A stretch of 64,000 nt of DNA from a virus (taxonomy: Duplodnaviria > Caudoviricetes), in the IMG/VR virus record IMGVR_UViG_3300028048_000080, positions 32,001-96,000 of that record; one strand, written 5' to 3'. The notes beneath the pieces were generated by a model, which ran no database searches, was not told the DNA's origin, and was given only the letters and a program-made list of their open reading frames with translations. The translations under genes were made by a program, and so were the position numbers. Every line of letters starts with the position of its first letter. Positions within the stretch are counted from its first letter, which is position 1. Positions 1 through 8,800 of this stretch are shown here, piece by piece.

Positions 1-1137
1 AGCGAGTTGTTTGGTCTGGTCCTTGATGAAGTTGGTAGCCATGTCCTGATATTTCTTAATAGCTTCTTTAAAAGCTTTTTCGGCGGCCACTATGCGCGCC
101 TGCAGCTTAGCCACTTTAATGGTTATTTTTTCGATGGTCTTGACATGCTTTTTTATAAAAGGCTGTAATTTAGCGGATACTTTGGTACCAACGTTGGTGT
201 TAATTTTCCCTAGTACCGGCCCCAAAATCTTTTTGGAATTAATGGATTTTCCCGTTTTGCTCTGCACGCTGGAATCGATGCTTTTAAAGAACTTATCCAG
301 ATTGGTAAACTTATTAAGACTTGAAGAAATACTCTTTGTTACTGCCAGCGCAGCATCTTTTTCTTTCATTTTCTCATAGCTCTGCAACTTTCCTGAGGCT
401 TTTTTTAAGTCGTTATAAATGTTTTTTTCTTTTGACATTATCGAGTTAACCGACGTAAGAGCTTGCTTCGTTGCGCGATTACTCTGGCTCAAAATCCCCT
501 TCGTCTGTTTGTCGATATAATCCGTCAGATACTTGTCGATTTGGCTCACAGCCTGAGTAATCAAAGGAGATTGCGTAATGGATACAGTTTTATGCCCGCG
601 AATTACGGCGCGCATTTCGGTATATTTTTCATCCGTAATCTTGCCGCTTGCCTTCAGGCTGTCCAGTTCTTTCTGCATGTCTTCTTCAAGGCGTTTGGAT
701 AAAAGCTGTTGGGAAAGCTTATGAATCTCCTCTGAGACATTATTTTGATCCAGCGATGATAGAGTTTGTTCTACTCCTTTAACTTCCTGTACTTTACTGG
801 ACCATCTATCCAAAGCCTTGGAGCGTTCTTTTTCCAACTTCTTCAGCTCTTTGTCGGCTTTTTTGGTAAGAGGGTGGATGCGATTAAGATCGTTGATTTT
901 CTGATCAAGCTCTTTCACCTTATCCATCTCTTTTTGAGCTTCAGCATTTTTCTCGTTAATTTTTACCTGAGCCTTCGCCGCAATAGTCTTTTCTTTTTCC
1001 GCTTTCTTTTTGGCTTCTTTTTCAGCTTTTTCCTTAGCTTTGATGGCAGCAATTTTAGCTTTAGCCTCGTCCGCTATTCTCTTTTTTTCGGCTGCTTCTA
1101 TGGTAAGCTGTTTTTCCACATCCGCAATGCTAAGCAT
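1..1137 (-). CDS. Lys/Ala/Glu-rich coiled-coil protein, partial (runs off left edge); not in ORF track
   Basis: ATG at 1137 with AAGGAG RBS. Hand-translated segments read open (MLSIADVEKQLTIEAAEKKR...IKKYQDMATNFIKDQTKQLA at window edge). Confidence 0.8.
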   Translation of the reverse strand, partial: MLSIADVEKQLTIEAAEKKRIADEAKAKIAAIKAKEKAEKEAKKKAEKEKTIAAKAQVKINEKNAEAQKEMDKVKELDQKINDLNRIHPLTKKADKELKKLEKERSKALDRWSSKVQEVKGVEQTLSSLDQNNVSEEIHKLSQQLLSKRLEEDMQKELDSLKASGKITDEKYTEMRAVIRGHKTVSITQSPLITQAVSQIDKYLTDYIDKQTKGILSQSNRATKQALTSVNSIMSKEKNIYNDLKKASGKLQSYEKMKEKDAALAVTKSISSSLNKFTNLDKFFKSIDSSVQSKTGKSINSKKILGPVLGKINTNVGTKVSAKLQPFIKKHVKTIEKITIKVAKLQARIVAAEKAFKEAIKKYQDMATNFIKDQTKQLA

Positions 1138-1153
1138 AACATATCTCCTTTAA

Positions 1154-2482
1154 TTAAGATTTTGGTTTGCTGTTATCGCTGGAACTCTTCCCGGCAAATT
1201 GAGTATAAATTTCACGTGCCCTGCTTGCCCGGTCGTCCGCATAGCCGGAAAAACCGCCGCCTTCATATTCCACCGCGAATACTCTAGCCGCTTCTTCAGG
1301 CGTACCGCACCCTTGAGCGCTGTTAAATACACTGGCATATCCGCCATTTAGTTCTTCGGTAGCGAACTTAATTTGAGCTTGGGGAGTCCACCATTCGCCA
1401 TTGGATATAGTAAACAATCTTACGGCACGAGGACCCGTCCATTGTGCTAAGCCGATTCCAGGCATCGGGCCGAGTCCGTCGCCGCCATCATATCCACTAG
1501 GATTTGCGTTAACAAATTTGCTTAAATGAGACATAGCCCATTGTGCGTATTTACTACGGTCTTTTGACTGTTTAACCTGTTGTGACTCGGCTTCATCAAG
1601 GTAGTCCCCTTCTAACGCATCAAATCGTCCACTAGATTCACCAGAAAAACAGCCTAACAACCCTGCTGCTGCGATATCGTTGAACCCCATTTGCTTTAAT
1701 GCAGACCAAAGCGATTGCATATCGCCGCTAGAAATGGAAATATTGGTGTTTAAGCTGCCCTTGCCCGTATTTGGTAAGCCGGTTCCTGTGCCATAATTAG
1801 CATCGGTATTGCGAGCTACGCTGCCTGCTCTATCGATGCCTTCTTTACCGATAAGACTCTTGGCATCTTTGATAATGCCATTAACCTGATACCCTTTATC
1901 AGAAAGGGCCAATATATCCTCGTTAAGCTTGAGCGGGTCATTTATCTTAATAGCCGTATTAATTTCCGGCACATTCAATAGCGGGCCAAACATCGGGCCG
2001 CGCCATGGGCGCCGGATAAGCATATAGCGTTTAAGGTTGGGCTCCCAAGCTTTAACTAAAACGTGGCCACTCAAAGTAAGATTGCCCACGATTACGTTCT
2101 GATTAATAAGCAGTTTTTGAGCCCGCATATCAGCGAGCTCCCATAACTGCGGATTGAGCTTATGCTCATTTACTAAGATTTCATCGACGGTAAACTTCTG
2201 TCGATTAGCGATGGTTTCTTTTTCCATGGCCTGTTCAGTGATACGGCCATTAGGATTCATGTGCACCGAAGCGTACTTGGATGGCGTCATGTTAATCTGT
2301 CCATCTTTTCGTACCACTACGGCCGAACCCGTTATTTCATTTACGATACCCTGCTCGCTCATACGAGAAAGGTTATCAGCCTTGTCGCGAATTTGTTTTA
2401 ACGACGTAGAAAAATTTTTCGGTTCATCAGGCTCAATTGCTACATTGATGCTTCCCGATGATGCATTCTTTATTTCTTTCAT
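1154..2482 (-). CDS. Baseplate/tail-associated protein with C-terminal phage tail lysozyme (Phage_lysozyme2-like) domain
   Basis: GFNDIAAAGLLGCFSGESS...GIGLAQWTGPR...TPEEAARVFAVEYE...RASRAREIY matches the tail lysozyme pattern. Start moved to ATG 2482 (AGGAG RBS). Confidence 0.8.
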   Translation of the reverse strand: MKEIKNASSGSINVAIEPDEPKNFSTSLKQIRDKADNLSRMSEQGIVNEITGSAVVVRKDGQINMTPSKYASVHMNPNGRITEQAMEKETIANRQKFTVDEILVNEHKLNPQLWELADMRAQKLLINQNVIVGNLTLSGHVLVKAWEPNLKRYMLIRRPWRGPMFGPLLNVPEINTAIKINDPLKLNEDILALSDKGYQVNGIIKDAKSLIGKEGIDRAGSVARNTDANYGTGTGLPNTGKGSLNTNISISSGDMQSLWSALKQMGFNDIAAAGLLGCFSGESSGRFDALEGDYLDEAESQQVKQSKDRSKYAQWAMSHLSKFVNANPSGYDGGDGLGPMPGIGLAQWTGPRAVRLFTISNGEWWTPQAQIKFATEELNGGYASVFNSAQGCGTPEEAARVFAVEYEGGGFSGYADDRASRAREIYTQFAGKSSSDNSKPKS

Positions 2483-2490
2483 GCTCTCTC

Positions 2491-2862
2491 CTACATGATA
2501 CAGCCGCCAGGGGGCTGACACCCCCCGCCGTCACTGAATACATCCTGACGAAGCTGTCGTTTGGAACGCACGTCCATGGCATAGTTGCCGACGTGACGAG
2601 CCACTACTACGCAGGTATCGCCAGTATCTTCTACTACTACTGCGTCATTAACTGCCGGAAACCAGTCTGCACCGTTACCGTACAATCTGACGACTACATT
2701 ATCTCTATTACGTTTCCTACCGCCCTTATCGATGTATTTTATACTAACCGTATTATTCGATTCGTCGGAGTCCGTTACGACACCGATGGTCGTAATACCC
2801 ACGTTAACGCGGGCGGCGGGATTTACTACTTCACTCTGCAGTTTGTCTTTCAATGCTGCCAT
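2491..2862 (-). CDS. Putative baseplate spike / gpV-like OB-fold protein
   Basis: GVVT..D...TVSI...VRL...WFPAVNDAVVV pattern like gpV N-terminal OB folds; lies after the hub-like giant protein. Confidence 0.5.
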   Translation of the reverse strand: MAALKDKLQSEVVNPAARVNVGITTIGVVTDSDESNNTVSIKYIDKGGRKRNRDNVVVRLYGNGADWFPAVNDAVVVEDTGDTCVVVARHVGNYAMDVRSKRQLRQDVFSDGGGCQPPGGCIM

Positions 2863-5800
2863 TTACGATATCCCCCAATTCTTTGTCCTTTTTCTGGCCT
2901 TCTTCCGATATCCGAATAAGATAATCGGTGTCATCTTCTCCTTCACGGCGAGCAACATCTTCACTTTCCGTTTTTTCAGATTTTTGTTCGACGCTTCCGC
3001 GCTCCTCTCCATTGCCAGAAACTTTAGCCATACGAACTACGATGGCTACTTTCGTTTTATCCGTGCTATCTACGGAAACGTCAAATAAGGCCGTTTCGCC
3101 CAAACCATTTTTCTCGGCGTCAGCTTTAATCTCATCCTGTAAGTCCTTGATAGCGGAAGCGAGCGGAGTTACTGCGTTATCCACGCCTTGTAGGATAAAG
3201 GTATGCCCCGCCGCGGCCAACGACTGAGTATCGCCGATTCTGAGCGCTGACTCAAGAGCTATGAACGAACTCTTGGTCTGCTCGTAAGATTCGTACGGGT
3301 CAGACGAGTTGGCGGCCGGCATATAGTTCTTAGCCCGTCGAATAATCTCGTACAAGATATTCAAAGCATCGCGACTAAGAAGAGGAACGTCGTATACTAT
3401 CGCGCCGTTATCCAGCTTATATTTAATAACTTTGACGTAGGTTTCTTCGCCACGGATTCTCATAATCTGGCTGTCTACGTAAGCACCTTCATTAAGTGCC
3501 GGAGTTTCGTGGATAATCTTGAAGAACCCCTCTTCGCTGTATGGACGCAAACGGTTATCCGAGCTGATAAGATAGAAGTTTTTAAGCTTAGGGTCGGTAA
3601 GATACTTGTTAATATCGAGCATAGCAAAATGTTTATACGCCGACAGCACTTCATTTCCTTTAGAGAAGTCCGCTCTCGGAGTCATCTGCATAGCGCGGTA
3701 ATCATTCTTTAATTGCGCGCCGGCCTGAGGAGAAGAAAAGCTCGTACGCAAAGACTCGTTGAAGTCATCTTTATTCATGGTCGGGTCGCCATTCTCATCG
3801 ATGGTGCCCGCTTTATGTGCCGCGCTGTTCTTGGCCATAGACCACACTTCCGGATCATCAAAGATGGCCGCCGAGAAGTTAGCTATCGCCATAGACGGGT
3901 CATTAGTATTGACTCCCAACGCTTCACCTTGAGCATCTTTGCCTGGGGCTTCGATGCCGGTCATGCCATTAAAGATTTTGGTGTACGGGCCGTTATCTCC
4001 GAAGGAAGGTGTGCCGTATACCATGCCCTTAGTACCCGCTATGCCAGCTACCCAGGCTCTGCCGTAACGCTTCAGCGGATATAAAGTGATTACTTGGAGG
4101 TTACGAGCATGCTTTTTGAAAAGATTCGTCACAAGATTACCGACAGTTTCTATCACTACAGTTTCGGCGATTGCCAAGGCGGCGCCCGAAATAAGACCTG
4201 CTCCGGTGCCTAACGGACCAACTACCGACCCGATCAATGCCCCGGCCGCGGCGCGTGTAGCCAATTTAGTAAGTAATTTTTCTCCTGCGCTCACGGCCAT
4301 GCCGGCCGCTTTAGGTACTAATTTTCCGCCTGCTTTCGCAAGATTCCAAGCTCCGGCAGCAACAGAATTTTTGGCGGCCAAACTTTCAGCTTTTGCTATG
4401 GTACTGCCAAAGAATTTCTGCCCCACTTGTTTAAGAGCGGCTGCGTCGGAAGCTTTAGTAGCACCACTTTTCCAAATACGGAGAATATTGCCGACTACGG
4501 CTGTATGCGTAGCCCAGGTTATCGCACTCATATCATACCAATGATGAGAAGCGGCTTCGGACTTATCCTGCACCGTATTGATGCAGTCGGGGGATATGGT
4601 GGTAATAAAACCGTTCTCGAGAGACATATGATGCACGACTTCTTTAACCGTGCATTGCCCGCTAATGCCCGTATAGGTATCGTTAATACTGATACGATCA
4701 TGAGGCTTAACGCTAGTGTCGCCTAGAATTACCAGGTCGCCGGCATACATTTCTTTCATCGAATCCTTAAGAGCCGATGCCGTCATGCGCCATGCTATAG
4801 ACTTGGCATTCATGTTATGACCGCCGGTCAAATTAGGATTCCAACAGGAGTTGTCTTCGTCGTTACTGAAAAGCTCATCTACTATCTCGAAGGAAGTCAA
4901 GAAATTAAGTCCGCAAGCTCCGATGTACGGGACGCCTTTAGCGTATAGCTGCGTATCCACTATCATAGATTTCTGATTTTCGGGATAGATGTCAAAGTCG
5001 GCATACAGGGGGCCAACTTTATGCTGTTCTTTATTGTTAGCGGTGGCGGCTACCTGATAAAGCCCCGTAGCGGTGGTCTTCATATTTTGAGAAGTAGCCG
5101 TGATACCATTGCCGATTATATCGCAAGCGGAGCTATAGACGTGGAACTGTTGGAACGGTTTACGTTTTTCGCGAATTACTCCGCTGGTGGACATATAGGA
5201 GTAAGCGTAGTAATAACGCGGCGCACCAACGAAAACGGTCGAACGAAAATCAAATGGCGCAACGGCCGCGATAAAGTCAGGCATTACGCTGCGGCAGATA
5301 TTAATAACGTCCCAAGGGGATTTGCCGAAGACATCGAAGGAAATACTGGGAGCCTGGTCAAACAGCGCTCCTCCATCAGATTCTTCGTCCCATACCGGAG
5401 TTGGCAGAGCGTCAAAGATATTCTGAGTAGGCTCGCCACTGGCTATTATATCTTTGAAATCCTTATCGCCGAAATGGTATATACCGTACGGATTGTCGCC
5501 TAAAAGGTCAGGACGGCCGAAATTCTTAAGCGTTCGAGCAATCCAACCACCTTCCGTGGTAAGCATGTCGTTGATGATATCTTTAGGGTTATTGCCGTTA
5601 GAAAGCCATTTTGCATCTTGGCCAATCTCGTGTCCTTCCATTTCTTCCATTATGGGATTAGTGAGTTCAACGCCGTCACCTTGAGCTACTATGTTAATAG
5701 TAGCTTCCGCGTTAATCTCGGCTATACTGCCGTTAAAGATGATGGGAAGCATAGCAGCGTTAGAACCATATCCGGCGCGCAGATGGATTCTGGCGCCGGC

Positions 5801-8800
5801 GCGAAGATTGAGCTGGTCGAGCACACCGCTGGTACGAGTACGTTTTTCTTCCTCGTCTTCGCCCAGAGTAGAAGGAGAAAACATTGAACGGAAAACATCG
5901 TAGGCAGAACTTTCTTTAGCGCGAAGTCTCGTATCTTCCTCGGTAGTTTCTGACTGATAAATATTAGTCAGCACGATATTGGCCGTATCCGCGGGATTCT
6001 TTCTATCCTTAATTACGTCGAACGACAAGATATTGGTGGAATTATAGAAGTTATCGTGAAGTTTATAGCTGCCCAGCTCACGTCCTTCGTCGATAAGCAT
6101 CATATAATAGGTAGGAAATGCTCTAAGCATGCGACCGCGTGCATCGTAGACAATCATGTCGTGGCACGAATGCATCATGTACTGCTTCGGATCATCGGCA
6201 GCTTTAATGTAAAGCTGATTATCCATCTGCTGTACTTTCCGGCTACTCGGAGCACTGGGACGAACACCGGAAGCAATTTTGTTTTCCTGTCGCCCGACCC
6301 CAGCCAGAGCCAAGTTGGACTTGCGCATACCGGTGGACAATTTGTCATCCGGTGAAACCGGGGTAGATGGAACGGATACGCCATGCAAATATTCGTTGAG
6401 TCCTCGGTAATCACGTTTATCAATACGGTCACGAAGCATCTTGTTGCCGTCCGAGAGAGCGAGCATGGAGCATACCCACATCTTGCCGGCGTCGATAGCG
6501 TAAGCATTCTTGGTAAAGAATGTCATATGGTCGCGCAATTCAGCATCTGCCTGAGAAGCCGGAATCTTGTTGCGTTCTTCCGCTTTACGGATTTCTCCTT
6601 CAGCCTTAGTAACTTTACGGAGAATATCTCCGTTGATAGAAGGTAAAGCCCTTTTAAGAATTAAGCGGCGGAGCCAATAGAGCATGTTACGCATATAAGC
6701 GAATGCACAGTACTTGGGGCTGTTAATGCACCCTTGTTTATATAAGCGGATAGTGTCTACCGGTTGATAACGGTAGTAGCGGTCAAGAAGATAACGAGAA
6801 GCATTAAGAGGGCTCTTCTCTTTTTCCTCATCGCTCCACACGTCCACGGGATTTTCACCCGTTACCTGTAAGAATTCTTCTGGAGTATACTGGCGAATAT
6901 TGAATGCGCCAAACATACTAGCCTCTTCGATAGCTTCCGCGAGGGTGCTGGCAGATGCGGCCTGAGCCATATTCTGCGTGCCGACCGGAACTTTAACGCC
7001 CATGTAGTCAGGAGAGGGCATCCAATCGATAGCTTTTTTCTTGGAGGAGTATTCCTTAGAACCACTGGCGGAGCATGCCGCCGCGAATACGATATCTTCC
7101 GTAATTGAGCGGAACGCTTCTGTACGGTCAATATTCAATAGCTCAAAAATCTCGATAACTTCAGGGGTGCTCAAGAAGGCTCCTACGCCGAGCCGGATAT
7201 CGGCCTTAACTGAATCAAAGCTAGGTTTTAAATCCTGGTCGCTTTGTTTCTTGTCAAAATAGCTATTGCGGCAAGCACTTTCCTTTGGAGCCTCTAACGT
7301 AATGGGAACGTCGGTGAGATATTTGGCTATCTTTTCGGCTGCTGTATTAGCGTTGGCCAGTTGTCCGATTACCCATGCGCCTTCAGGCATCGTCCGCCCT
7401 TTTTGCGTCCCAGGAACTTGCGATGTATCATCGGTAGCCTTAACCTGCGTGGTATCATCCGTGGATTTAACCTGCGTAGTATCATCGGTAGCTTTAACCT
7501 GAGAAGTATCGTTGGTAGCGTCTACGTGAGGCTGTTCAAAGCTATCTTTAGCGTCATCGGCTTTTTTACGAGCGTCGTAGGATTCAGCTTCTTTCTTGTA
7601 ACGATTTTCCATGAAGACTACGCGAATATCGTTATTGATTTCCCACGCGTCGTAATCTTCTACGGCGGCACCTACACGACTTTTATCCCGAAGATTTTCA
7701 GACAATCCTTTGGCGTTAAGCTCATACTGTGAATTGAGAGCAGCTTTAGCGAATTCCGTTTGCCGTTTAGCTTCACTATTAGCAGCTATCAAATCAAACC
7801 CTTTTAATTCAGCGGGCGACATAGAGTATTGCGCGCCGGACGCATCCGTAAGCGTTCTGGTTCCGTCAATGCCTGCTTGCACTGAATTAATGATGGTTTC
7901 TCTTAATATCTGGCTGGATAAACGAGTAAGATATACGAAGTAGAAGTCAGGATCGACGTAAGTACGGTTGTCCTGGAACTTATAACGGATAAAGTCATAA
8001 CCCAGAGTGCTCATCTCGGCCAATGTGGGAAGTTCCAGGTCAGGATATAGTTCGGCGTGAGATATAGCAGTTTCGATTTCGAAGTATGACTTCATCTTCT
8101 TAGCTTGATAAACGTCAGCACGATTTTTCTTGCCTTGGGCCCAGTCAGCAATGTCGTCGGCGAATGAAGATGCGCGATAGCCGCCATTGTTTGCCTGGAT
8201 CATCTCCGCGGATTCGCGGTTGCGCAAGGTGCGGTCCATAGACTTCATGATAAGGTTAATCTGATACGTGCCGGGATGATTGTCGACCGTATTTACCGTG
8301 ACGTTATCAATCATTACTTCAGATACACCGAGAAAACGAGTGAACTCAGAATCGACTTTGATAGGATAACAGGGGATAATCTGTCGATACTTACGCATCA
8401 TCATGGTGGCGTAATCAGGCATGCTTTCGATCATCTTAACGGCATTTTTATCTGTAGTCATGATGCTGACATTGAATTCTATATCCTGGCCGCCAAGGAA
8501 CTGCGCGCAGGATTTGCCACTTTCCTGCAGATGAACGTTGCTGAACGTATTGCGGAGAGAAGCACTGATGGAAGTGATATGGAACACGCCGGTATCAATA
8601 GGTCTGAAACGCATGTTATCCAGCTGAGCTATTAACGGCGCCTTCATCCAGCCATCGGTGGAAGCTTCTCCACTGCCATCATTTTTTACTCGCGGAGAAT
8701 TCTGAAGCGTATTTAAGGCATAATCCCATACGCGAGCTTCAGGACGGGAGGTGTCAAGTCTGTCATATACGTGCTCCTGTGAATTCTTTTCGGGATCAGG

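Noticed and set aside
92-1287. Three plus-strand ORFs, including a Phe-rich 173-aa one
   Set aside because: Mirror of the Lys-rich minus-strand gene 1-1137 that the track missed because it runs off the edge.
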